Shown one piece after another: positions 1 to 8,314 of a stretch of DNA of 51,213 nucleotides. Under the pieces are notes generated by a model. It ran no database searches. It was not told the DNA's origin and saw only the letters and a list, made by a program, of their open reading frames with translations. Both the position numbers and the translations under genes were made by a program. How positions within the stretch are numbered: the first letter of the stretch is position 1; the number at the start of each line of letters is the position of its first letter. The stretch covers positions 1-51,213 of the IMG/VR virus record IMGVR_UViG_3300048080_000104; one strand, 5' to 3'. The stretch comes from a virus.

Positions 1-127
1 CAGCTCGTCATCCACGGCCCAGTGCCGGTATCCCTCGTGTACGACCTTTACAGGCTCGTCGATTGTGCCGAATTTGTCGACGTACTCGCGCCGAATCAGC
101 GGGTGCGTGGTGTGCTCGCCGGCCAAC
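1..127. repeat. Terminal direct repeat; bases 1-127 are identical to 51087-51213 (circular-closure overlap)
   Basis: Read directly: both ends spell cagctcgtcatccacggccc...gtgtgctcgccggccaac. A minus-strand reading frame continues in phase across the junction. Confidence 0.95.
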
Positions 128-477
128 ACGCGCGGGTTGCCGAGATCGTTCGTGCCGATCACCGAGTAGCCGGCGTCGCGTAGCGGCTTCGTCGCCTGGA
201 ACCAGCCTGGATGAAAGTGCACGTCGTCGGCGGCACATAGGATCCATGGCTCATGGGTCCATCGATATCCGTGGTTGATCTTGAATGGCCACGCAGTCTC
301 ACTAGTGAAATGGTAATCCTGGCCCTCATCGTCCAGCGCAATGATCTCCGGATCATCATCGGCGTCGACAAGAAAGAGCAGTCGACCAGGTGTATCCGAT
401 GCGTCGAACGAGGCGACCAGCGGCGCCACGTTCTGCGGCCGGCGCAGCACCGGGACGAGGACGATGACCTCACTCAC
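1..477 (-). CDS. Glycosyltransferase (GT-A / GT2-like), N-terminal 159 codons; continues across the circular junction into 51086-50901 (220 aa total)
   Basis: Manual translation. GTG at 477 lies 11 nt after GGAGG and 7 nt after the stop of the upstream gene. The protein starts VSEVIVLVPVLRRPQNVAPLVASF and carries LFLVDADDD and CAADDVHF (DxD-type) motifs. There is no stop before base 1, and the phase matches ORF 50901..51212. It is absent from the ORF track because its stop lies beyond the window edge. Confidence 0.7.
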   Translation of the reverse strand, partial: MSEVIVLVPVLRRPQNVAPLVASFDASDTPGRLLFLVDADDDPEIIALDDEGQDYHFTSETAWPFKINHGYRWTHEPWILCAADDVHFHPGWFQATKPLRDAGYSVIGTNDLGNPRVLAGEHTTHPLIRREYVDKFGTIDEPVKVVHEGYRHWAVDDEL

Positions 478-484
478 GGGGACT

Positions 485-1729
485 TCAACCTCCGAACAAT
501 CGACGACGACGCTCACGCTCTGCGGCAAGAGCACCCATGATCCCGGTGTCAGCGACGAGGCTCCGTCCCAACCGACGAGGCCGTGACTGCGTCGCCGGCG
601 CCGCCATGATGCTCAGCACGCATTCTATGGCTTCGTCGATTTCATTCGCTCGGCCGACGACTAGCGGAGCCACCAGCGCAAGCGCAGAGTCTACTTCCGT
701 CGCGAGGCCGATCGCGACCCGCTTGGAGAGAGCGATCGCCAGCGCAGAATCGCTCTCTACGCTCTGCCCGGTGGTCGCGACCTTTCTCGGAACGAGGCCA
801 AGTGCCGCATCGAGCTCGTCCGACCTGCCCACCGAAAGCGGACCCGAGAGATTCAGTGCAAGAGCGGTATCCGACTCTGCGGAAACACCGACCGGTCTGA
901 GCTTCTGGAGTGAGCTGCCGAGCGCGGCATCGGTCTCTGCGCCCTGCCCGGTCGCGAAGAGCTTGGAGAGTGCCCGCGAGATCCCGGAGTCGATCTCCGC
1001 CGCGGTACCGGTAGTGGTGTACTTGACCAGAGCGGTGGCGAGCGACGCGTCCGTCTCGTTCGAGAGGCCAATCGCTGCTACTTCACGAACCGCAAGGTAA
1101 ACCGCAGCAACGTCGTCGCTGATCGCACCAGTATCCCAGCCTACCGGTCTGCTGCCCTGCCCGGGCGTCGTCTCGCGGACCGTGCTGCACGTTCGTGCGC
1201 CGATGTCGATGCTAGGGCCTTGAGTACTGTTTGCACCTACTACTGGGAGATCAGCATCTCCGAACATCACCACTGCAAGACGCAGGCTGTTCGTGCCTGG
1301 GGACCCGTCGTCTACGCTCACCTCAGTGAGCGCCTGGTTCTCCTGCTCGATCTGTACGCCTGTTGCCTGGACAGCGCCGGCGGCCGTAAGCGTGAAGCAG
1401 GCCGCGTACATCGTGTTCGCGGTGTTCGTTCGGGTCACCACGACCGTAGCCGTGTCGGCGGTTGGAACGCCGGACCCTAGAATCCACGCCTTGCAGTTCC
1501 CGATCTCAGTGACGGAATCCGCGGCGAATGCGCCTGGAACCGCGGTAAGCGCGACATCCTCGTAGGTCACCGCTGTGGCAAGATCGGTGACGGTGCTGAC
1601 CACCCACGTGAAGACGACTACACCCTGCGGCGCCGCAACCGGATCGTGCTCCCACGTGAACGATGCCTCGTTCACCGACCCCGTAGTTTCGGTGTGCGAC
1701 TCGGAGGCCGCGTCGAAGGCTACCGCCAC
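485..1729 (-). CDS. Virion-module protein of unknown function; N-terminal beta-sandwich-like domain plus 7 exact-register 20-aa tandem repeats
   Basis: 414-aa ORF with a GTG start 3 nt after the upstream stop. Residues 221-360 form 7 x 20-aa units (G-x3-E-[TISLV]-D-[SAD]-[AGS]-[LI]...), encoded at 650-1069. The N-terminus AFDAASESHTETTGS...TYEDVALTAV resembles lectin-like domains of phage minor structural proteins (from memory). Confidence 0.65.
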   Translation of the reverse strand: MAVAFDAASESHTETTGSVNEASFTWEHDPVAAPQGVVVFTWVVSTVTDLATAVTYEDVALTAVPGAFAADSVTEIGNCKAWILGSGVPTADTATVVVTRTNTANTMYAACFTLTAAGAVQATGVQIEQENQALTEVSVDDGSPGTNSLRLAVVMFGDADLPVVGANSTQGPSIDIGARTCSTVRETTPGQGSRPVGWDTGAISDDVAAVYLAVREVAAIGLSNETDASLATALVKYTTTGTAAEIDSGISRALSKLFATGQGAETDAALGSSLQKLRPVGVSAESDTALALNLSGPLSVGRSDELDAALGLVPRKVATTGQSVESDSALAIALSKRVAIGLATEVDSALALVAPLVVGRANEIDEAIECVLSIMAAPATQSRPRRLGRSLVADTGIMGALAAERERRRRLFGG

Positions 1730-1732
1730 GGC

Positions 1733-2194
1733 CTAGCTCGCCCGGAAGAAGACTCCGCCAGTCAGCTGGAGATCGTTTCCATCCGGCGTGGCCACCGCGT
1801 CGAACATGCATAGCGGGATGATATTCGCGTCCGTACCGGTGCCCGTGTCGGCGTCGTACGCCACCACGATCTTGGAGATCGCATTGCCACTCGCTGCGGT
1901 CCACGTCACGGTCGGCAGCGATACGTCGTAGCGATCATTGCCGGTGTCGGGCCCGGGAAAAGCCGCGAGCTCGGTATCCGTGAGCGTCTTCCGCCCCATC
2001 GTGGTCTGCTCGTTCGTGGCGCCGTCGAGCACCTCGGTCAGAGTCAGACTGTCGATCAGTGCAGCGTCAGTTTCGAGGCCCGTGGTCTCGATCGGAATCA
2101 GGATCAGCGCAGAGGTGGACGGGTCGTTGTTCTTGACGCGGTTGTAGTATTCGACACCACGACCCTTTGCGACGTTGAAGACGATATTCGCCAT
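1733..2194 (-). CDS. Hypothetical protein immediately downstream of portal
   Basis: 153-aa ORF. ATG at 2194 has a GAGGG RBS 8 nt upstream. It is tightly packed between the portal gene and the repeat protein. No family recognised. Confidence 0.65.
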   Translation of the reverse strand: MANIVFNVAKGRGVEYYNRVKNNDPSTSALILIPIETTGLETDAALIDSLTLTEVLDGATNEQTTMGRKTLTDTELAAFPGPDTGNDRYDVSLPTVTWTAASGNAISKIVVAYDADTGTGTDANIIPLCMFDAVATPDGNDLQLTGGVFFRAS

Positions 2195-2215
2195 GCTTGA
2201 ACCCTCAGTGAGCCG

Positions 2216-3538
2216 CTATGCTGCGCGCCGCTTACCGCGAAAAGCGTTGCGCACTGCGCGGTGCAGACTCCGCTCCGCGTTCTCGTCGTCCTCATCTGGG
2301 ATCGTCTCGCCTACAATCGCAGCCGGCTCCGGTGCGTCTGGGTCGTACGTCCCCAGCGACCCGGCGATCAGCGGCTGATCGCCCCACTCGACCTCGTCGT
2401 CGTTGCGGTCTGTGAGCACCTTATTCGGGGTGCGCAGCGCATGCTCCAAGTCGTGCGCCTCGCGACGTAGCGTGAAGTCCTTGTCCTCGGAGACGAAATC
2501 CTCGAAGCATACGACCAGGGTCTCGTCGAAGTCGACCGCAAGCTGGAGCGTTAGCGTGTTGGCGATCAGGTTCGCGATCGGCTTCACCGCATAGCGGTCG
2601 AACACGTACTGATTGACATCGGCTGACGAGCGATCGCCACTCACCACCTGGCCGAGTACGCTACGCGGCGTCGCGGTCGTCATCAGAAGATCATCGCGCG
2701 CGTACTCCAGCAGGGGCGTCATCCCCTCGCGCGTATCCACAGATACGCCCTTGTACGTGTAGCCCTGCGGCAATGCCTGCGGAGCAAACCCACGACCGGC
2801 GCGAGAGTGGTTCCGATCCATCCATGCGTTATCGAAGATCTTGAGCTGATCGGGCGTGAAGTTCTGCGCGTTAGGCCCCACTTCGAGCACGCCCTTCGGT
2901 GTTGCGTCGTTCTCGTAGTGGTGCCGAAGGTGCTGCATCGCGAACTTGTGCATATCCGCGGCGATCCCGGTCGGAGAGAGATACCCCTCAGCATTCCACG
3001 GATTCTCGGGATCGGGGAAGAAGGGCCTGATCACGACGTTTGCGGGGATGCGCCCTTGGTGGCCGATTCCGTCGGTGATGGAGTAGCCGACCAGAATACC
3101 TCGGTCCACGAGCGGAGCGATTTGCCCCGGCGTCATGGGGTGCAGCTCTACGGGCATGCCGAAGCCGTTGCCGACCTTCTGCCAGTAGGTCTCGCCAGCC
3201 GAGAGAATCTGGCGCGCCGCGAGGAATAGGAGCTGCGTCAGCGTCCAGTTCGGATGCGGGTGGTCGAGCAGCTTTTTCAGCGGGTGGTCATCGAGCTCTT
3301 CGTCTTCGGTCGTGCCGGCGCGGGTACGCCGGACCACCTTGACCAGCAGCTCGAGCTCTGAGAGCCGGTTCGCGATTGCGCGGGATGCCGCGTCGAACGG
3401 CCCCAGGCTCTCACGCAGGAGTACATCGGTGGGAGGCTGGTTACCGAGACCGGGGCCGAAGTTCTCCGAGCCTGCCGGAGTCCATTGAATCGCGGGAGAT
3501 GCCGCGCGTTGTCGCGTTCCGAGAAGACTTGCAAGCAT
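2216..3538 (-). CDS. Portal protein (HK97-family type)
   Basis: 440 aa with an ATG start, positioned after terminase. The sequence pattern is typical of HK97-type portals (HPLKKLLDHPNP, ETYW, long acidic C-terminus). Confidence 0.88.
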   Translation of the reverse strand: MLASLLGTRQRAASPAIQWTPAGSENFGPGLGNQPPTDVLLRESLGPFDAASRAIANRLSELELLVKVVRRTRAGTTEDEELDDHPLKKLLDHPHPNWTLTQLLFLAARQILSAGETYWQKVGNGFGMPVELHPMTPGQIAPLVDRGILVGYSITDGIGHQGRIPANVVIRPFFPDPENPWNAEGYLSPTGIAADMHKFAMQHLRHHYENDATPKGVLEVGPNAQNFTPDQLKIFDNAWMDRNHSRAGRGFAPQALPQGYTYKGVSVDTREGMTPLLEYARDDLLMTTATPRSVLGQVVSGDRSSADVNQYVFDRYAVKPIANLIANTLTLQLAVDFDETLVVCFEDFVSEDKDFTLRREAHDLEHALRTPNKVLTDRNDDEVEWGDQPLIAGSLGTYDPDAPEPAAIVGETIPDEDDENAERSLHRAVRNAFRGKRRAA

Positions 3539-3541
3539 CGC

Positions 3542-3748
3542 CTAGCGCTCCCGGGTGAGGCTGGCGCGGTCGAGCAGGATCCCGAAAGCGAGCACGAGCA
3601 TCCCTCCGAGCATCCATGCTGCGGCGATCGAGAGTTGCGAGGTGCCGTAGACGAGAGCGGCAGCGCCGAGGAACGAGAGCGTATCTGGGACTTTGCGGGC
3701 CACCGAGGCGCGCAACTTATCGAGCGGCACTGGCGCCTCGGGAGTCAT
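3542..3748 (-). CDS. Small membrane protein (2 predicted TM segments)
   Basis: 68 aa with an ATG start. Two hydrophobic stretches: FLGAAALVYG and AAAWMLGGMLVLAFGILL. It overlaps the terL 3' end by 32 nt. Confidence 0.45.
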   Translation of the reverse strand: MTPEAPVPLDKLRASVARKVPDTLSFLGAAALVYGTSQLSIAAAWMLGGMLVLAFGILLDRASLTRER

Positions 3749-5162
3749 AGAGGCCGCCGGGTGAGTAGAGGTCTGCGGGGCTCGGGCCGATCCCTTCGCT
3801 AAGCATCAGCTCCGACAACGCCCACACCAGCGCATCCGCTCTATTGGGTGATCCCTCGGCGTCATAGCCAGTCGGCGTGAACGCCGTCACCTCGTCTTCG
3901 AGCCTCTCGAACATGCCGCAATGATGGATGCGGTGCTGCTCGTATAGGCTCCCGATCGGCTCGAACCTAACGTGCTTCCCACGGCTCGCCGTCGGAAGCT
4001 TCACGCGCGCCCGTGGATCGATGCTCCGAATCGTCGACTCCACCATGTCCCCGCCGTAGTTGCGCTCGGCCACGATCACGTCGGCCGCGAGCTCGCCGTA
4101 GAGATCGATCGTGCGTCGTGCCCAGCCCTCGGGAGAGAACACGCCCGAGCGGTCGCGCAACACGTATCCATGCCCGTCCACGCCCAATCCGCAGGCGATA
4201 ATCCCCTGTTCGTTCGTGCCGCCGGAGGGGTCGACGCCGATCGCGATCCGTTGCAGCTCCGGCACTTCGTCGAGCGTGCGCCTGTCGTTCTCGATCATGT
4301 CGATGGTGACGATTGCGCCCTCGACATCGGGCAGCAGCTCTCCCTCGATCTCCTGGCGCCCGAGGTGAGTGCCGCCGTGCTTGCCGAGGATCTCCTCGAG
4401 GTAGCTCTTTGGCAGGTTCGCGCGGTTGTCGAGTGTTGACCCGCGCGTGAGGCGAACCGGCCCGTCTTCGGTCGCACGCGCGACTAGCTCTTTTACAATC
4501 GCACTGCCGCGCCGTGGTGTAGTGCCGGCGACCATCTGCGGATGCTTGCCGCCTCGCAGGCCGAACTCGAGATTCGTCCACGTCGTATTGCCTGCAAAGT
4601 CGACGACGCGCTTCCACGTCGCCACCTCGTCGGCCAGGCCCCAGTCGTACTCAGGGCCACGCGCGCGGTCGGGCTCTTCGCTGGTGTGGATCTCGGCGCG
4701 CGATCCGTTGCGCCACTTGATGATCGTTGAGCCGCCCTGGAGTGCGACATCGCATGGATTGCCAGGCTTCGACGTGACGAGTAGACCTGAGCGCGGGTGG
4801 TGGACAACGACGCGCATCACGTCAGAGAGTGTGCGTCCGGCGAGAAAGCCTACAGAGCCTGGGAACGCTGTGGCCTTTGAGTGGACAAACTCGGCCTGTA
4901 CCCGATTCTTGCCCCAGCCGCGGCCGGTAATCAGTGCCCAGATACGCCAGTTCTCGTCGTTAGGCGGAAGCTGCCCAGGCCGTACCCAAACTTCCCAGTG
5001 ATCGAGGGCTCGACTAAGTGCCGTCCTTTCCGTTGGTGTGAGCTTCGCGACCGTCGCCGTTCGTTCTTCGGGCGACAGCGAGACGAGCCAGTCGATCCCC
5101 GATCGGGTCTTCTGCGTCAAGGTCGACACTTGCGGCGATCTCGTGGCGGGCGACAGGCTCAT
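3717..5162 (-). CDS. terL: Terminase large subunit
   Basis: 481 aa. Walker-A-like GRGWGKN follows the conserved WEVWVRPGQ motif, and a C-terminal nuclease-type region is present. The ATG at 5162 overlaps terS by 149 nt, so the exact start is uncertain. Confidence 0.9.
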   Translation of the reverse strand: MSLSPATRSPQVSTLTQKTRSGIDWLVSLSPEERTATVAKLTPTERTALSRALDHWEVWVRPGQLPPNDENWRIWALITGRGWGKNRVQAEFVHSKATAFPGSVGFLAGRTLSDVMRVVVHHPRSGLLVTSKPGNPCDVALQGGSTIIKWRNGSRAEIHTSEEPDRARGPEYDWGLADEVATWKRVVDFAGNTTWTNLEFGLRGGKHPQMVAGTTPRRGSAIVKELVARATEDGPVRLTRGSTLDNRANLPKSYLEEILGKHGGTHLGRQEIEGELLPDVEGAIVTIDMIENDRRTLDEVPELQRIAIGVDPSGGTNEQGIIACGLGVDGHGYVLRDRSGVFSPEGWARRTIDLYGELAADVIVAERNYGGDMVESTIRSIDPRARVKLPTASRGKHVRFEPIGSLYEQHRIHHCGMFERLEDEVTAFTPTGYDAEGSPNRADALVWALSELMLSEGIGPSPADLYSPGGLYDSRGASAAR

Positions 5163-5481
5163 GCTGCTCGAGCTCCTGCTTGCCGAGCCAGATCAACAGC
5201 GCCGGGTTGAGCTTATCCGCGGCCTTCCACTGCAATGTGCGGAGTCGCTTCCGACGCTCGGCGCGAGCGTGATAGATGATCCGGACTAACGGAGGACGCG
5301 CAGCCAAGTCGGCCATTGTCGCGAAGGCAACGCCGAGGATGTCGGCGATCTCACGGATCGTGCAACCGTCGCCGGCCAGTGCTGCGACCTGATCGTGATC
5401 GATTGATTCTCGGACCTTGGGAGGGCGTCCACCTTTTCCCGGCATCGTGTCCAAAAACCCCCGGCGGACGAGCCGCGCCAT
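5014..5481 (-). CDS. terS: Terminase small subunit (HTH DNA-binding)
   Basis: 155 aa directly upstream of terL. HTH-like CTIREIADILGVAFATMADL, ATG start. Confidence 0.65.
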   Translation of the reverse strand: MARLVRRGFLDTMPGKGGRPPKVRESIDHDQVAALAGDGCTIREIADILGVAFATMADLAARPPLVRIIYHARAERRKRLRTLQWKAADKLNPALLIWLGKQELEQHEPVARHEIAASVDLDAEDPIGDRLARLAVARRTNGDGREAHTNGKDGT

Positions 5482-5752
5482 CGGTCTGTCTAGCCCCCGC
5501 CAGACGGTTGATCGACGCCTCCCTCGCGGCTCGCCGCCCTCTGCCGTGGGGGCAGCAGAAAAAGCGAAGCCCAGCGCGTAGGGCCGGGCTCTTGGGGCAA
5601 TCCTGGGACTTTTGGGATGGTGGCAGGAGATTTTCGGCTGTCAATGGGGGATTTTCTAGGCATACCAGCCGATTCTCTTCGATTCTCTCTACTTCTGGCC
5701 ACTTGACACAGCAGGCGATCCGCAAGCCTGCCACCCACTCGGGGACGAGCGA
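5482..5752. promoter_or_regulatory. 271-bp non-coding, AT-richer region upstream of terS with phased short direct repeats (candidate cos/pac recognition or late promoter)
   Basis: No credible ORF. GATTTTC occurs at 5629 and 5650 (21-bp spacing) and GATTCTCT at 5671 and 5681 (10-bp spacing). TTGACA-like boxes occur on both strands. Confidence 0.4.
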
Positions 5753-6442
5753 CTACGTGGTGAGCCACACGTCCGGGAAGCGTTTCGCCCATGCTGCGAA
5801 CTCGCTCCGCAGATACCGGTCAAGAATCGCCTGGAGTGCTTGGCGATCTCGAATCTCCTGAAAGCCTGTCGCTTCATCGACGAGTGCGATGATTCCGACG
5901 TGTGCCAGACCGAGAACTAGGAACTCGGCCTTCTGCGCCGTACGGAGCTGGGACTTGACCAAAGCGCCGGCAGCCCTGGCCTTGAGCCAGACATCGCAGA
6001 TCTTCGGTAGAGCTTCGGCGTTAATTCCCTTCGAAACGCCGCTCCCCCCAGGGATCGTGAACGGAATCGGCTCGGACAACAGTGACATCAACTCATCGGA
6101 AATGAAAGGCTTTAGGCGTGCAGGCGACAGATATCGGGGCACAACTGCAGAGGCTGGATCTGCAGCGTTATCTCTCTTCGAATAGAACCCGCTGTATTGC
6201 AAGCCAAACGCTCTCATCATCGCGGCCTCAGAAAGCACACGTCTTCCGTCAGGAAGATTCGCGCACACAAGCTCGTTGTCCCCGATCTTGAGAACGCCAG
6301 CGTGCACTGCGATCCGACCGCGAGCCACTACCTCAAGATGCTCATGGATGCGGTTTTCGGACCAGAGCGATTTATGAACGAGATTGTTTGGCAAAGGGTG
6401 AACGCACACAATTTCAAGACGCGTTTTTGGCCGCGTCAGCAT
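5753..6442 (-). CDS. P63C-domain protein, probably a truncated remnant
   Basis: GVLKIGDNELVCANLPDGRRVLSEAAMMRAFGL and HVGIIALVDEATGFQEIRDR...WAKRFPD match the P63C domain pattern (from memory). The ORF stops right after FPD, where family members normally continue. The first 46 codons are antisense to the methyltransferase ORF. Confidence 0.5.
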   Translation of the reverse strand: MLTRPKTRLEIVCVHPLPNNLVHKSLWSENRIHEHLEVVARGRIAVHAGVLKIGDNELVCANLPDGRRVLSEAAMMRAFGLQYSGFYSKRDNAADPASAVVPRYLSPARLKPFISDELMSLLSEPIPFTIPGGSGVSKGINAEALPKICDVWLKARAAGALVKSQLRTAQKAEFLVLGLAHVGIIALVDEATGFQEIRDRQALQAILDRYLRSEFAAWAKRFPDVWLTT

Positions 6443-7606
6443 GACACGCTGTTGGTCTACGGGCGTGGTGAGGCATTCACGCTCAACCCCGTCTATCAGC
6501 CATATGGTGCGGCACAGTTGAAGCGCTACCGACCGGACTCAAAGGGCCGCCTGTACACGGGGCAAGACCTCACCGTTTCGGCCGTTCGTCGCCTGCGGCA
6601 GGATGAATGGCGAGGCGTGAAACCTCCGCCGCACCGTTCGTGGGGGGCTTCCATTGAGCAGCGCGAAGAGTGGTACGAACAGGGGCTGATCCTGCTCAAG
6701 AAGGACGGAAAGCCGCGATTCGACGGGCTCAAAGTCTATCTCGACGAGACGAAGGGAAAGCAGCTCGGAACAGTGTGGTCTGACATTCCGCGAATCAGCA
6801 ACACGGCCGCGGAGAGGCTTGGGTATCCGACCCAGAAGCCTGAGGCGCTACTCGAACGGATCATTACGGCCAGCAGTAACGAGGGAGATACGATCCTCGA
6901 CCCGTTCTGCGGATGCGGAACCACGGTAGCCGCCGCGCAGAAGCTCAACCGCCCTTGGATCGGAATCGACGTGACTCACCTCGCCATCGGACTAATCAAG
7001 CACCGGCTCCGTGATGCCTACGGCGCAGGAGTGGAGAATGAATACGAGGTGATCGGCGAACCGACCGACCTCGACGGAGCGAAGAGGCTCGCCGCAGACG
7101 AGAAGTACCAATTTCAAGCGTGGGCACTTGGCCTCGTCGGAGCTAGGCGAGCAGACATAAAGAAAGGCGCCGACAAGGGCATCGACGGCAAGCTGTTTTT
7201 TCACGACGAAGGGGCCGGAGGAAAAACGAAGCAGATCATCCTTTCGGTAAAAGGGGGGCACCTCAAGGCGACCGACGTGCGCGACCTACGCGGGGTTATC
7301 GAGCGAGAAGAGGCCGCACTGGGCGTGCTGATCTCAATAGAGGATCCGACGGGCCTCATGCGCAAAGAGGCTGCCAGCGCAGGCTTCTATACGTGGAAGC
7401 ATCCCCTCGGCGAGGAGAAGTACCCGCGGCTCCAGCTCCGAACGATTGAGGAGCTTCTTGCCGGCAAGGGCATCGAGTATCCGGACAGACAATCGAACGT
7501 GACCCACAAGAAGGCGCCGAAGGCGAAGATCAAGGCGACCGAAACTCAACTTTCACTGGTCGCGGAATCGCCCCCTGGGTACGGCGATGACGAAGATTCA
7601 AAATGA
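6197..7606 (+). CDS. N6/N4 DNA methyltransferase (beta-class, PF01555-like) fused to a C-terminal Mrr-like PD-(D/E)xK nuclease domain; 5'-truncated, no DPPY/SPPF motif
   Basis: HCDPTASHYLKMLMDAVFGPERFMNEIVWQR and motif I DPFCGCGTT are present. The C-terminus has GADKGIDG...ILSVKGG (Mrr-cat type). The motif IV region that should precede HCD is absent. The annotated start is a TTG inside the antisense P63C sequence; the first ATG is codon 48. Confidence 0.7.
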   Translation: MQAKRSHHRGLRKHTSSVRKIRAHKLVVPDLENASVHCDPTASHYLKMLMDAVFGPERFMNEIVWQRVNAHNFKTRFWPRQHDTLLVYGRGEAFTLNPVYQPYGAAQLKRYRPDSKGRLYTGQDLTVSAVRRLRQDEWRGVKPPPHRSWGASIEQREEWYEQGLILLKKDGKPRFDGLKVYLDETKGKQLGTVWSDIPRISNTAAERLGYPTQKPEALLERIITASSNEGDTILDPFCGCGTTVAAAQKLNRPWIGIDVTHLAIGLIKHRLRDAYGAGVENEYEVIGEPTDLDGAKRLAADEKYQFQAWALGLVGARRADIKKGADKGIDGKLFFHDEGAGGKTKQIILSVKGGHLKATDVRDLRGVIEREEAALGVLISIEDPTGLMRKEAASAGFYTWKHPLGEEKYPRLQLRTIEELLAGKGIEYPDRQSNVTHKKAPKAKIKATETQLSLVAESPPGYGDDEDSK

Positions 7607-8014
7607 CCCACTACCAAAGTCTAGGATCTCTTGCATCGAGGCGCCGAGCTTCCCCCCTGGGCTGCCGCGGAAGATGACCTCCACAACCTGCTGATCCCAC
7701 GGCTTAAATAGCAAACTGACGGCTTCGACGTTCTCGCTCTTCGCAAGCTCCGAGGCCCGCGTAGGGAAGGCGCGGGCCTTTTCTTCATCGAGCCAGAGCC
7801 AGAGATGACCGGCGGTTCCGCGCTCGCCGTTCTCGTGACCCTGGCAGGACTGGAGGGTGCAGATGCCCGGTAGCGCGTTGATCTTCTCGCACCACGGGAT
7901 CATCGACGGATCTGGGTTGCCCGGGCCTGGAGGCCACGGCCGCGAGATCAGTTGCCGCCACTGAGCCAGCTCGGAAGCCTTCGCAGGCTCAGTCAGATAT
8001 CGCCCCTCGCTCAT
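7598..8014 (-). CDS. Hypothetical protein
   Basis: 138-aa ORF with an ATG start and ordinary composition. Convergent with the methyltransferase, overlapping it by 9 nt. Confidence 0.5.
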   Translation of the reverse strand: MSEGRYLTEPAKASELAQWRQLISRPWPPGPGNPDPSMIPWCEKINALPGICTLQSCQGHENGERGTAGHLWLWLDEEKARAFPTRASELAKSENVEAVSLLFKPWDQQVVEVIFRGSPGGKLGASMQEILDFGSGSF

Positions 8015-8314
8015 CGGAGCGCGCCATGCCGGGGGGCCGATAGACGGGGGGCTGGGTCGGAGCCCGGGATACTGAGCCGGAGGCGAACCTCGCGCAAGCC
8101 CCGAGGGTGCCGGTGCCTACTTAGCGGGCAGACTCGTTTCAACAAGTCCATACTCCCGCACTCGGGCGAAATGATGCCTACGTAGCGTCGCATTGTGGGC
8201 ATGCTGGCAATGCGTCGCCCGCCAGGTACCAGACGGTGCCCTGACGCGTCTTGGCGACCGAGGAAGCAGCCGTGGGCGCTACTCCTGACGACCGCGGAGA
8301 AGGCCCGAAGGGGC

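Noticed and set aside
1-127. The 127-bp end repeat as a biological direct terminal repeat, att site or LTR of a mobile element
   Set aside because: It is an exact match whose length equals a standard assembler k-mer, and a gene reads through it in frame. This cannot be fully excluded without reads.
3967-5001. ORFs overlapping terL (3967..4617 minus, 3972..4439 plus, 4426..5001 plus)
   Set aside because: They are shadow frames with Arg-rich composition. The terL frame carries the Walker A motif and nuclease motifs.
5541-5554. Small hairpin ctgcc-gtgg-ggcag as a terminator
   Set aside because: The stem is only 5 bp, and no U-tract follows on either strand.
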